Positions 46,410 to 59,900 of a DNA stretch of 64,000 nt are shown here, piece after piece. The translations under genes were made by a program, and so were the position numbers. The stretch is from the human T2T-CHM13v2.0 reference genome, Homo sapiens. Where the stretch lies: assembly GCF_009914755.1 (NCBI RefSeq), contig NC_060930.1, one strand, 5' to 3'. Position 1 is the stretch's first letter. Every line of letters begins with the position of its first letter. A model generated the notes under the pieces. It was given only the letters and a program-made list of their open reading frames with translations, did no database searches and had not been told where the DNA came from.

Positions 46410-46715
46410 CTTGAAAGTTCTACCCAGCACAAATGGTGGAAATAGAGGGAAGTGGATGGATTTAAGAAATATTTAGAAGGGAAAATTAATAACACTCGGA
46501 AATAATTAGATATGAAGGATGAGAGGGAGGTGCTAAGGATGATGTCAAGGTTTCTGGTTTGGGTACCTGGATTGGTGATGGTGCCATTCACTTAGAAAAT
46601 TGTGGAAGGGGATTGGGTTTTGGGAGAAGATCATGTGTTTAGTTATGTTGAGCATGAGGTGCCTCCAAAACATCCAAAAGGAGATGTCCGGTAGACAATT
46701 AGATATAGTTGCTCT
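46410..46715 (-). mobile_element. L2 fragment
   Basis: gaagtggatggatttaagaaatattt...ggatgatgtcaaggtttctggtttggg...catccaaaaggagatgtc. Confidence 0.85.
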
Positions 46716-46733
46716 ACTTTTTTCTTGCAATGA

Positions 46734-47625
46734 GAGTTCTTTTATTAGAAGCATTGTTGTGTGGTAAAGCATGATGGCCAATGAGACACTCAATAAGTCC
46801 ACAGGTGCTGGCCCAAACAGAAACACGATGAGCTAGGATGGTAAACCCAAATCTGGATGTGTCTACCCCACTGGGCAGATCACTGTCCCCTCCAAGATAT
46901 GCTAACATCCAAGCTGTTCACAGGCTGCTTCCTGCCATTGGTTGATGGGACACTCAGGCCTGCAGCAGCCAGGTCAGCCTCAGTGAGAGGAGGCCTGTGC
47001 TCTTCTGAGCCATGTGGGACCCCCATCCCTATTGCACAGACATTTGCTCACGAACACATTGAGAAAACACCAGGGTGTCTGGGAAAGAGACTGACTAGGT
47101 CACACGTCCACTGAGTGGGTCACCTTGTCCATTGATCCTTGACATCCTGCAGTCTTATTTGTGCTGTAAGATTGGATCCAGTCTTGCTATGCTCCTCCTG
47201 CTTCATGGCTTGATGGTCCAGAGAAGACCCATTCATGATGAGAAGTGTGGGCCACATGGTCCCAGGGGACCCCGAGGTCAGGCTTTCAGCCTCCCTCAAG
47301 GGGAGTAATAAGACAGTAGACATTTTCCAGAATGAGACTAGTTATTTGCTGAAGAGGGTGGGATTTTAGTCCAAAACCTTGGAAGCCGTGGCTGTGTGTC
47401 TACTGTCAGGGTTTGCCACCGACTTCCTGCTTGGTCTCCTCTCTAGTGTTACCTCCTCTATCTAACTTTCATATTACAGCCAGAGTAATGTTTCTAAAAC
47501 TGAAATCTGGCCCTGGCTAAAATCTGATCAATAATTTATTCAATCGCAATCCTTCAACACATATTTAACAAGCACCAATTATGTGTTGGTTTCAGGTCTT
47601 GAGGATTCAGCAGAGACCAAGATAA
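46734..47625 (-). repeat. Right arm of the long inverted duplication (ERVL pol/integrase remnant plus L2 pieces)
   Basis: Reverse complement matches 32360-33186; ORF 46714-46908 GVDTSRFGF...TCGLIECLIGHHALPHNNASNKRT resembles the ERVL integrase core. Confidence 0.95.
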
Positions 47626-47632
47626 AAAGCAC

Positions 47633-48365
47633 TGGCGAAAACTGAGGTGGAAATTAAAGAAAAAAAATTAAAAAGAAAAAGAAATAAGCTTTCCTGTATT
47701 AGGCTGACTTATCCCAGGGGCAGCAACAGGCACAGCCCAGACCCAGGAAAAGCCTCGATAAACACTATCTGGGAAGCCAGGGCTCAAAGGAATGTGCTCT
47801 GGAGACTCTCCCAGCACTCCCTCAACCTTGGGAGGAGAAAAACAAATTTTCCTTTCTCTTATGGTATGAGTTTATAGATTCCTGTTCTCTGTAACTAGTA
47901 ACTTCAAATATTCTGTTTTATCTAAGTGGTACAGTGAAGGTCCTGAGCTGTCTGAGCAGGCCTGAACTACAGCTCCCTGGGCACCATAGCAAAGGTTATG
48001 AGATAAGCCTGTGCAAGGCACTAGAGCAAAGTCTAGATAACAGCCATCTGGGCTGCATAGCAAAGGTCATGTGTAATTCTGGGTTATGTACCTGTCACAA
48101 TTTGATTAACTGCCTTTGTTCTGCCCTGTATCCTTGCTTTCATGCCACTATGCTTTGTGCCACTGTAAGCTTGTTTCAGGCTAGCCCACCCTCTTTTAGA
48201 AGTGTGTATACAAGTCAAGTCTGTCTTTGTTCTGGGCCCAGTCTCTGGATGATCATCCACTGGGTCTGATTGCACTCAATAAAATCATCCTGCTCTTCCC
48301 CGTGGTCTCTCTAGTCCTCCTGATTCCCGCAAGAAAACCACAATTACTTTTGCACAAACCTAATA
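47633..48365. mobile_element. Half MADE1 (Hsmar1 MITE) split by the LTR
   Basis: Removing the LTR and one TSD gives tggcgaaaaccacaattacttttgcacaaacctaata, the MADE1 right TIR. Confidence 0.75.
47643..48334 (+). mobile_element. Solo ERV1 LTR (ERV3/HERV15-related; exact family uncertain)
   Basis: Starts tgaggtggaaattaaag; aataaa near the 3' end; ends cctgattcccgcaaga; 4-bp TSD aaac. Confidence 0.8.
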
Positions 48366-50267
48366 CTACACATATGTGTGTATGTAAACTTATATATTTT
48401 TTAAGTTTAAAAAATGAATTAAAAATTACATGAATCTATATGTAAATATATATAATATTATATATGTGTGAATATATGAGAGATATATATTTAATTTTCT
48501 TTCCTATTTCTTACCTCACCACGTCTATAGGGTGTGTTGGCAGTTGTTAATTTTCAACTTGTCCACAGAATACAGTGAATTAGTTCTTCTGGGACTTAAG
48601 AACCAAGTGGCTGAGCTGCTTGTTGGCAGTATGAACTAGAAAAGTCATCTCTTTTTCTGGGCTGAACTCAAATACAAAAATTTTCAATTCATCTAGTAAA
48701 CGCAAGGGACTGTAAACCAAATGTTGCTTCCAAACCCTGAGGAGGTCCACCGAGTGACCTTTTTTAATGGTAGGGGGTAAAAAGGATAGCGACATGTCAC
48801 TTAATTCAGAGGGTATCTCACAGTGTGCTGAACCTCCTAGGACTTGACTGATTGGGTAGGTTCCTGAATTTTATGAATTTTATTTCCTTCCCTCTGGCAC
48901 ACACGTATCCTACTAAATCATGTGGGTGAGGGTTACTTCTGGCTCTCCAGCTCTGTCAGCCCAGTCTCCTCTGAGCAGTAGACAGTGCCATGTCCTGCAG
49001 ATGGTAGAGCACTCCAGTTCTCTCCTGAAGGTGTGTTTCTGGTGTTCTATATTGACTAAAATAGAGAAAAATAGATTTGCCTGATGAAAAGCTGCATACT
49101 GGTTTTCAGAGGTTGTGTTGACTTTCTCCAATCAATGACTGTTTTTTCAACAGCAGCTATAACAGGAGTTACTACCTGATTAAACCTACAATTACTCTTT
49201 GTCATTTTCCAAAACCCACTTACTTTTTTTCAGACCAAAAAAGCTAGTGAATGAGTATACAGGCACATGGTAATAAAAGTCAAACAAACTTCCATTTGTT
49301 TGTATTAGAGCTTTTAAATCTTCTAGAGACAATACCTCCCTTCATTCCTCTAAAGCCTTGACTTCAAGGGACATTTTATTCCAGGGTATCATAGAGGAAA
49401 TTTGATTAAAGGCAAGCATTAGCTTCTAGTGTCCCATCTCTTACCTATGTTTTCACTGCCCTCAGCTCTAACAAGGCTAAAATATACACACAAATTTTCT
49501 CTGTCTCTCAAGGCCTGTTATTTGGAACCAGTGATGGTACTAATTTATGTAGTAGGCTGGTCTCTTAGGTGTAAGCAGCAGAAACCAAATCTGGGTAATT
49601 TAAACAGAAAAAGGACGGTATTAAAAGGATGTTGATTAGAGAAAAGCAATTTGAAACCATAAGCAGGAACTAAACCAGCTTTAACTTTCTGCTGATTCCT
49701 TCATTAATAATGAGTTCAATAAATCTTTAACATGTGTTATATTCATGAGGCTGGGAGATCTGTTTTAACTGAATATTGTACTTTGACAATTTTTGGAGAT
49801 TCCACATAGATGTCCCAGGAAACTCCCCTTCTGAAATTAATTAGGCTTATTGAATTTTGCACTGATTGATGCCAGGTATTTCTTGTGCTCTTGGAGACAA
49901 TCTCAAGCAGCAATAAACACTTACCCTGCTGGCTCTGTTTCTCTGTTCTTTTCCCTTCTTCAAGTCTGTTTTTGTTTTTGTTTCTGTTTCTGTTCTGAGC
50001 TACATCTATTCATCCAATTATGCCTTGTCTAATTTAAGTTTGGTCCATATTTATTTTTTCACTGAAGTTCAGGGACTAGTATTAATACATACCCAGCCTG
50101 TCTCTACTGAGATCGCCACCCTGTGTACATGTGAGTCTGGCTTGTGCACAGCTAATCTGTTACTCTCCTTTTGTGGCAGCAGTGGATGGAGATCTGGTTC
50201 TATGCACTGACTTTTTTTGTCATCTCTGTTGGAATGACAAAGATCTATTCTTCTTTGGCAGATACTA

Positions 50268-50293
50268 TACACACACACACACACACACACACA
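50268..50293. repeat. (AC)n microsatellite
   Basis: Read directly. Confidence 0.9.
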
Positions 50294-50379
50294 TTGTGAG
50301 CTTTGCTGGTCTGCTAAAATGCTAGTGTACGAAAGACAGTTCTCAATGTCCTGTCTTCCAGAGTTTTCCATGAAAGAGA

Positions 50380-52100
50380 AATTAATTACTTTGTTTAAAA
50401 GTTATGATTACTCTATGTGGTTGAGACTATCCTAAGTAAAGTGGAGGCAGAGAAGTATGAATGTAGAATCTAGGTAATAATGGGATGAGTTATTATTTAG
50501 CAAGGAAGAGAAAGAGTAGACTTTCTTATAGGAGAGCATCTTGTTAAAGAAGTAGTAAAGAAAAAACCTGATATGATATTTAAGGTTTATAGAAGGCTTG
50601 CAGAAAGAGAATTTTATTTGCCTTGGATTAATACCTAAAGGTAAATGAATCTGAAAAGAAGCAACACAATGTGCTAAAAGTTTTGGCAAAGTTGGCTCAA
50701 TTTTGACAGGTTTGTTTGTAAGATTTTTTTAAAAAAGAAAACACATGAATACCGTGTTAATGCAAGACTATAAATTTTTTCCTCTGTTAAAATGTGATAA
50801 GTTGGACTTGCAGTCCTCAGTCTGTGCTTATTAAGAGGTAGTAAATTATCCTTTACCTTTGTGTTATTTCAAATGGCAGAGATTACATATCTCATCAAAA
50901 TAACTTTCTATGCTTTATGCTGACTTTGGTTTGTTTTTTGTTTGTTTGTTTTTTAAAGACAGGTTCTCGCTCTGTCACCAAGGCTGGAGTGCAGTGACAT
51001 GATCATAGCTCACTGTAACTGTGAACCCCTGGCCTCAAGCAATCCTCCTGCCTTCGCCTCCCAAAGTGTCTAGATTACAGGCATGAGTCATTTGTACCTG
51101 GCCTGTTCTTGATTATTAAACAAACAAGTAAGCAAGCAAGCAAAGAATAAAAGTTACTTCTGAGTAAGCTAAGTTTTCCTACGATGGTGTTACCTTCTGT
51201 TGGGTTTATTTTTAAATGCTACATGAGCCTCTTATTAATAAGGGGCCAAACCACCTACTATGGCTATACGCTGATCACTAGCACCTGTGTAATGCTCTGA
51301 ACTAGAAACCATCCACTTGTGTTGTTTCAGTTTTGCCTTCCCAAGATCAGATCTTAGATTCATAAAATTTTTTTCTTAAAAACGTTTTGCACTAAACAAA
51401 CTATGTGGTTCCTCTGAGGTTCTTCCCAGATTAAAAATTGATTTTTTAAATTAAACTTTATAAAAAGAGGGGGGCTAAAAATAATTAGTTTTGGGGTGGT
51501 CTATTTTTCTTAACTCGTTCAACGCTATCATGACAGCTTCATGGAAAAGGTTAAATAAATGAGGCTCAGCTGTTCCTAGGTTAGTTCTGTGCTGGTAAAG
51601 TCCTACTGATAAGTGTGTTTCAGAGCTTGTTACAACTTGGCAGGATGGATTGGAAAGCCCTGGATATTTGTTAACAATTCTAACTGTTTATAGACTATTC
51701 TTATCTTCAGGGGAAATATTGATCAAATCCTCAGAAGGCAATTATGTATTATACCCTAGTAGAAAATTTTACTTTCCTTCATTCTGATTTTGTTAGTTAT
51801 TATACTAACTGCAGCCAGTCTGTCTTCTTATAAACCAGTGGTCTCAGCCCTTCTCTTATACTTGCCTGAAGCCTCTGCTATAAGCTACAACTCTAGAAAT
51901 GGATCTTTATCAAAAAAGGATAGTTTCAGAAATTTAGTGGAAAGGACTCTACCAGAAACTTCTACACTTATTGTTACTTCCAAGACTGGACTCACGCAGA
52001 CATGGCTTCTGAGTGGGCATTACTTAGACTACTGTCAGACTGTCCAGAAAAGACATGAACTCTTGAAACTAGACTTCTCCCCAATATCCAGTGAGGCAAG
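50380..52100 (+). mobile_element. Degenerate ERV1 internal-region sequence (MER4-group-like), tentative
   Basis: ttttgccttcccaagatcagatc...; gaagcctctgctataagctacaactctag resemble MER4-group internal sequence; no LTR seen. Confidence 0.4.
50929..51103 (-). mobile_element. Alu monomer (FLAM/FAM/AluJ-derived)
   Basis: ggctggagtgcagtgacatgatcatagctcactg...gcctcaagcaatcctcctgcc...ggcc. Confidence 0.85.
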
Positions 52101-52121
52101 ACTTAATTAAGACAAATGATG

Positions 52122-52475
<354 letters not shown>

Positions 52476-53421
52476 TTAGCATTAGTTTTGATATCATATC
52501 TTTTCTTTTTTTTTAGTTCCCTGCAAGTGTTCCACATCTATGTTATATTTTTGATAGGTATATGATGGATACTGCTACTTAATCTATTCTTAACTCTTTT
52601 ATTTCCAATCTTATTTTATTAGGACATTTTAAAAAGAGTATCTTATGGTCATTGATCCTTCAGTAATCAGCAACAATTATTTTTACCGAATCCCTTTTCT
52701 TTCAGTGGCAATGTAGTTACCTACATAGATTCAATAAAACCTTTTTAACAGACAATTAATTTTACAAATTAATTGACAAGTTCCAAATTATTTTTTTAGA
52801 GTGCCAATAAATTTATTTAAATATGTATGACTAGTCAACCATTAAAAAGCAAGAGTTGTACTTCACATATGAAACCAATGCTAAAAAGCCTCCTAGGAAG
52901 CTGTTCTGGTGTCTATTTCATGGTTTATAGAGACCCAGCCTTACAGGAAGTAAGGTCGCTTTCTTGCAGGCCCATGGTTTCAGAAGACTTTTGAGACCTT
53001 GAAAACAAAGGAATTTACCCACATTTATAGGTACTGCAGGTAATCTAACAGAGATGAATTTCTTGGGTTTGGTTTTCTAACATCATAATACAAGAGTAAC
53101 TAAAAACATCTTGGAGTAATGGAGACTGTTAAAAAGACAGTTCCTACAAAGACTTTAGACAGAAGTTAATCTGGTCTTAAGTAGGTACAGCTCTGAATTT
53201 CCTAGTTATACACCACAGGTTGGTTTCTAAATGTTAAATAATGCTTCTTGCTACATCTACGTAAGTCTACGAGGCTAAACCACAATGAGATCCTTGATAA
53301 TAGCAATGAAAGAATGATTAATGAAAAATGTCCATAACTTATAAAGAGAAAAGGATGACTGCATGTCCTTTCATTGTCAAATAGGTTCATCTTTGACTCG
53401 GTAGTTGCTATTTATTAAGAA

Positions 53422-53787
53422 ATCTTGTTAGTCAGTCTGGGCTGCCATAGCACAAAAACGTAAACTGGGTGGCTTAAACAATAAATATTTGTTTTTCACA
53501 ATTCTGAAGGCTGGAAAGTCCAAGATCAAGGTGCCAGCAGATCCAGTGTTTGGTGACAACCCACTTCCAGGTTCACAGATGGCTGTCTTCTCATTGTAGT
53601 CTTACATGGCTGAGAGGAAGATAACCGTTTTCATGTCTCTTCTTAAAAGGGCACCAATCTTATTCATGAGGGCTCCACCCTAATGATTTATTCACCTCTG
53701 AAAGTCCCCACCTCCTTATACCATCACAATGGGTATTAGGATTCCAACGTATGACTTTTGTAGAGATAGAATCACTCAGTTTGTACA
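53422..53787 (-). mobile_element. MLT1A-like LTR
   Basis: gggctgccatagca...gtccaagatcaaggtgccagcag...attcatgagggctccaccc. Confidence 0.88.
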
Positions 53788-54089
53788 TCCAGATAGATGT
53801 TAATTTTTAGTATACTGAATGGCATGTAAATTATTCTCTAGAACAATGCAACTGATTTTTTTCCGTAGACATGTAAATGATTTTCAATAAAAAAGATAAC
53901 CCTAAAGGTTATAGTTTCATTACCTGTAGGACACTAAGCAAGTTTGTATCTAAATTAACATTCTTTCTTTTAATGACTATAAGTATTTCTGTCTTTCCTT
54001 TAGTCCTTTGAACAAGCTTTATCTGTTTTCTGATTCCTCATTCAGGAGTTACTTTAATACATGCTCAAAGTCACATGCACACACACACG

Positions 54090-55135
54090 CAAACACACCA
54101 TAATGAACCATGACTTAGTACCCACCAGAATGGCTAAAATTAAAATGTTAACAATACCAAATATTTACAAGAACATAGAACAACTAAAATTATTTTATAT
54201 TGCTGGTTGGAATATAAATCAATCATTTTGGAAAAATGTTTGTGAGTAGCCACTAAATTTAAACGTATTTAAACCCAATGACCTATTCCTGGGTATATCC
54301 AACAGAAATCTGGACTTTTGTCTACCAAAAATCATACATAATAAGCTTTGTAGAAACTTTAATTGTAATAACCCAAAATTGGAAGCAACCAAATGTCCAT
54401 CAACGAGTTATATAAATTGTGTTGTAAATACACAGTGGAAATCTAGACATCAATTAAAAAAATGATCTATTGATACATGCCTCAATAGAGGCATGAATGG
54501 ATGAATTTTACAGATACAATGTTGAGTGAAGGCAGCTAGGCATAGAAGACTACATACTGTGTATTTCCATTTATATGAAGTTCAACAGCAGGAAAAACTT
54601 GTCTCTGGGAGACAAGTCAGGATTGCCATTCCTGAGGGAATACTGAGTGAGAGAGCTCTATGAACAAGCCTTCTGCATGTTGGAAATCCTCTATATCTTG
54701 ATCTGGGCAGTGGTTACACAGGGAAGTGATATGTAAAATGTTATTGACCTACATTCTTTTTATTTTTTTTTTTGTCGTTTTTTGAGACGGAGTTTCACTC
54801 TGTTGCCCAGGCTAGAGTGCAGTGGCAAGATCTCAGCTCCCTGCAACCTCCGCCTCCGGGGTTCAAGTAATTCTCTGCCTCAGCCTCCCGAGTAGCTGGG
54901 ATTACCGGTGCTCACCACCATGTGCGGCTAATTTTTTGTATTTTTAGTAGAGATGGGGTTTCACCATTTTGGCCAGGCTGATCTTGAACTCCTGACCTCA
55001 TGATCCACCCACCTCAGCCTCCCAAAGTGCTGGGATTACAGGCGTAAGCCATCGCACCAGGCCTTATTGACCTACATTCTTAAGACTTGTGCTCTTTTCT
55101 GCATGTGAGTTAAGACTTAATTTTAAAAAATAAAT
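54090..55135 (+). mobile_element. Old L1M (L1MC/ME-like) 3' end interrupted by an Alu
   Basis: cccaccagaatggctaaaattaaaa...ccatttatatgaagttcaa...tcttgatctgggcagtggttacaca. Confidence 0.85.
54758..55063 (-). mobile_element. AluS
   Basis: Perfect 17-bp TSD ttattgacctacattct at 54741-54757 and 55064-55080. Confidence 0.96.
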
Positions 55136-55896
55136 TTTGGTTAATTTACAGGATTTCTGGAGGATGGGTGGCACAGAAGACCAGATCTGGAGGCTACATA
55201 GTCAGGAACAACATTCCTGTTGTGTTACAGAGTGGCCCATTGATGACCCTTTTGCTGCCACTGGGCACAGCACTGCAACTTATGTCCCATAGAGCTCTGA
55301 CACTAGACGTCAGAATTTACCACTTAAACTGCATCCACAGCTGTCTCTGAGCCATTCCCACTCCCTGACCCCTGCCAGAATGAATTCTGCAGAGAACAGC
55401 TCACTTGTGACCTAGCTTGCAATTTAAAGCCTGGGCCAGGAGTATCTGATTGGCAAGTACTTGCCCTTAGTTGCAAGAAAGGTTGGGAGGGAGAGAGAGC
55501 ATCTGCTACTATTTCATAAACCAGGAGGATAACTCAGTCATTAGATGAAGGTTGTGATATGAAGCATCCTTCAAGAATGACAAATGTCTGTAGAGGGGAG
55601 GTAATTTAACCAGTAACCAATACTTAAAGCATGCCCATGGTGTATTGGCCACTGTGGTGGTGAAGAAAATTCTTGGAGTTGCTTTCCTATCAGATTAGTT
55701 GTTTTTCCTCACTCAGCTGGGGGAAGGCAAAGGAATATGTGCCAATTCCGAGTGTAGTTGCTGAGAGAATAGGTTCAGATCTTAGTAGTTGACTAATTCT
55801 TTTCCTTGCAGAATGATGTGGGCTTACTTTTCCTTTTACTGAAGAGCAGGAGTCACAATCACATCTACTTTTTCCTTAAAAGTATAAGATTTATTA

Positions 55897-58255
55897 CTTT
55901 TTTAATTTTAATTTTTTATTTCAATAGGTTTTTGGGGAACAGGTAGTGTTTGATTACATGGATACGTTCTTTACTGGTGATTTCTGAGATTTTGGTGCAT
56001 GCATCACCCAAGCAGTGTACACTGTACCGAATGTGTAGTCTTTTATTCCTCAACCCTCTCCAATCCTTTATACCGAGTGCCCAAAGTCTATTATGTTATT
56101 CTTATGCCTCTGTGTCCTCATAGCTTAGCTCCCACTTACGAGTGAGAACACATGATATTTGGTTTTCCATTCCTGAGTTACTTCACTCACAATAATGGTC
56201 TTCAGTTCCATCCAGGTTGCTGCAAATGCCATTTTGTTCCTTTTTATGGCTAAGTAGTATGCCATGGTATATATATCCCACATTTTAAAAATCCACTCAT
56301 TGATTGACGGGCATGTGGGCTGGTTCCATATTTTTGCAATTGTGAATTGTGTTGCTATAAACATGCATGTGCAAGTACCTTTTTCGTATAATGACTTCTT
56401 TTCCTCTGGGTAGATACCCAGGAGTGGGATTGCTGGATCAAATGTTAGAGCTACTTTTAGTTCCTTATGGATCTCCACATTGTTTTACAGAGTGATTGTA
56501 CTAGTTTACATTCTCACCAGCAGTGTAAAAGTGTTCCCTTTTCACCACACCATGCCAACATCTATTTTTTTTTATTATGGCCATTCTTGTAGGAATAAGG
56601 TGGTATTGAACTGTGGTTTTGATTTGCATTTTCCTTATGCTTAGTGATGTTGAGCATTTTTTCATATGTTTGTTGTCCATTTGTATATCTTCCTTTGAGA
56701 ATTGTCTATTCATGTCTTTAGCCCATTTTTGATGGGATTATTTGTTTTTTCCTTGCTGATTTGTTTGACTTCCTTGTAGATTTTGGATATTAGTCTTATG
56801 TTGGATGCATAGTTTGCAAATATTTTTTCCCACTCTGTGGGTTGTTTGCTTACTCTGCTGATTATTCCTTTTGTTGTGCAGAAGCTTTTTAGTTTAATTA
56901 AGTCCCATCCATTTTTCTTTGTTTTTGTTACATTTCCTTTGGGGTTCTTGGTCATGAACTCTTTGGTGAAGACAATGTCTAGAAGAGTTTTTCTGATGTT
57001 ATCTTCTAGAATTTTTATAGTTTCAGGTCTTAGATTTAAGTCTTTGATTCATCTTGAGTTGATTTTTTATAAGGTGAGAGATGAGGATCCAGTTTCATTC
57101 TTCTACATGTGGCTTCCCAATTATCCCAGCACCATTTGTTGAATAGCATGTCTTTCCCCACTTTATGTTTTGTTTCCTTTGTCAAAGATCAGTTGGCTGT
57201 AAGTATTTGGCTGTATTTCTGGGCTCTTGATTCTGTTTCATTAGTCTATATGCCTATTTTTATACTAGTACCATGCTGTTTTGGTAACTATAGCCTTGTA
57301 GTATAGTTTGAAGTTGGGTAATGTGATGCCTCCAGATTTGTTCTTTTTATTTAGTCTTGCTTTTGGCTATGTGGGCCCCTTTTTGGTTTTATATGAATTT
57401 TAGGATAGTTTTTTTCTAGTTCTGTGAAGAATGATGGTGGTATTTTGATGGGAATTGCATTGAATTTATAGACTGCTTTTGGCAGTATGGTCATTTTTAC
57501 AATATTGATTCTACCCATCCAAGAGCATCGGATGTGTTTCCATTTGTTTGTGTTATCTATGAGTTCTTTCAGCAGTGTTTTATAGTTTTCCTTGTAGGGA
57601 TCTTTCACCTCTTTGATTAGGTATATTCCTAAGTATTATATATATGTATATATATGTATTTAGTAGCTATTGTAAAAGGAGTTGAGTTCTTGATCTGATT
57701 CTCAGCTTGGTTGCTGTTGGTGTATATCAGTGCTACTGATTTGTGTACATTAATTTTGTATCCCGAAATTTCACTGAATTCATTTATCAGATTTAGGAGC
57801 TTTTTGGATGAGTCTTCAGGATTTTCTAGGTATACAATCACATCATCGGTGATTGACTTTCTCTTTACTGATTTCAATGCCCTTTATTTCTTTCTCTTGT
57901 CTGAACTGCTCTGGCTAGGACTTACAAGACTATGTTGAATAGTAGTGGTGAAAGTGGGCATCCTTGTCTTGTTCCAGTTCTCAGAGGGAATGCTTTCAAC
58001 TTTTCCCCATTCAGTATAATGTTGGCTGTGGGTTTGTCATAGACAGCTTTTATTACTTTAAGGTATGTCCCTTCTATGCCGATTTGGCTGAGGGTTTTAA
58101 TCATAAAGGAAAACTGGATTTTGTCAAATGCTTTTTATGCGTCTATTGAGATGATCATATGAATTTTGTTTTTAATTCTATTTATGTGGTGTATCACAAT
58201 TACTGACTTGCAAATGTTAAACCATCCCCTGCATCCCTAGCATGAAACCCACTTA
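55897..58255 (-). mobile_element. 5'-truncated L1PB (L1PB1-like) with internal deletions
   Basis: 3'UTR ggggaacaggtagtgtttgattacatg; ORF2 fragments in the ORF track at 56125-58104. Confidence 0.93.
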
Positions 58256-58568
58256 TTTTGAGAAAAAACAAAAACAGATTAATTTTAAATGATGTAAAAT
58301 TTTGTTCTTTGCACAAATATGAAGGGAAATGATTAATCAGGTATTGGCTTTACTAGGCAGGAAAGAAAGCCTGTTCTTAGTGGGCATTTAGATTAAGGAA
58401 TCCTCTAAAGAACAAGTCTCCCTTATTATTCTACATTGTGAGGCAGGGCCATTTTTTATTTTATTGTGTCTTATTTTATTTATTTTATTTTAACAAAACC
58501 TGTTCTCAAAACAGTAGAGATGGCATGCTAGGAGAGTACAATGGCAGATGCTAACTATGTATGTATAC

Positions 58569-58569
<1 letters not shown>

Positions 58570-58615
<46 letters not shown>

Positions 58616-58645
58616 GAGAGAAAGAAACAGAAAGGGAGAGAGAGC
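58570..58645. repeat. (GT)~20 microsatellite plus GA-rich tract
   Basis: Read directly. Confidence 0.95.
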
Positions 58646-58948
58646 AAGAGCAGCAAGCATTTGAAATAAATACTGAAGACATTGTAGTTGTGGTGTATTT
58701 AATAGAGTTTTGGTCACTAGCATTGCACTGGCCATGTATTAGGATGTCAGTAAATATTTCTGGCCTGAACTTGGAGCATTCTAAAATTGCCTTTTGTCCT
58801 TGAAATTTATATTAATAGGACAAAAGGGAGATATTGGTTTTTTGGTTAGAGTATTCATACAGCCACATGACTTCTGAAGACTATCAGATGGGACCTTGAT
58901 TTACTGCTGTAAAAATGTACTTTTTACATACTAGGTTTACACACTAGA

Positions 58949-59021
58949 TTTCAAACTAGGGATGCACGAATGGTTTAACATTTGCAAGTCAATAAATGTG
59001 ATACAACACATAAATAGAATT
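58949..59021 (+). repeat. ~73-bp L1 ORF2 piece, inverted copy of 58174-58247
   Basis: ctagggatgca...atggtttaacatttgcaagtca...cacataaatagaatt is present in both. Confidence 0.85.
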
Positions 59022-59154
59022 TAGTACCAAGGAAGCTGTGAATTGAACCATGTGATATAAGCAAAATGAGAATTTGCTGACAACAGTAGATGTTGGCTGA
59101 TATCGTCTCTGATAAAACCCTGACCAGAATAACCAAGCATAGTTCTGTAGGGCT

Positions 59155-59402
59155 TTTCTGTGCTCAATTTGCCCTAATTGTATCATCTGCAGAAAGATGA
59201 ACTTTCCGGCCATGTTCTTCTCAATATTTAGAGGTTACAGTTTAAAAGTCTTTTTTTAAAAGCTTAAACTGTAACTTTGTCTTCATAACTTACAGTGGCT
59301 TCATTCTCTACTGGGTTTTCTCCATCTGCTGGGAAGTTGTTTAAAAAGTTTAAGCTGTAACTTAATGCAGATGATACAATTAGTGCAAATTGAGCACAGA
59401 AA
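59155..59402. repeat. 37-bp inverted repeat with 174-bp spacer and nested hairpin
   Basis: 59155-59191 vs the reverse complement of 59366-59402: 36/37 identical. Confidence 0.95.
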
Positions 59403-59455
59403 CTTTACTTTTGTTAATACAATACATAATTCATGTCACACACACTTTTTTTTTG

Positions 59456-59900
59456 TTCTATTAGTCAAGGATCTTCTGGTTGAAAGTGATAGAAATTTAA
59501 GATAATAGTAAAATAAGGGGAAAAAGTAATTAATATGTTCATTTAAAATCAAAGTACGGAAGGTGGGCTGGTTTTCAGCACAGCTGGATTTACTTGAATA
59601 CTATCAGGAATCTGTCTCTTCCCATCTTTACTCTGCTTTCCTTCACATTGGCTTTCTCCTCTACTGGGCTCTCTCTACGCTGAGAAAGTTGCCTGCAGCA
59701 GCTCTAAGCCTAACAGATCCTTGCAGTGCATGACTCCAGAGGAGAGAACTGGCTGTTCTTCTCCAATCTCAATGTTTGTATTTCAAATAGCTCTAATTGA
59801 TCCACCTGAGTCAAGTTCCACCAGATGATTGCCCTGTGTGTGTGATGGGGTGGGAGGTGGGAAGACTTCTTTGACAAGGTGGCAAACAGGGCCAGGGAAG
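59456..59900 (-). mobile_element. Old MLT1 (J/K-like) LTR
   Basis: ttagtcaaggatcttctggttgaaagtgatagaaa...ctctgctttccttcacattggcttt. Confidence 0.55.
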
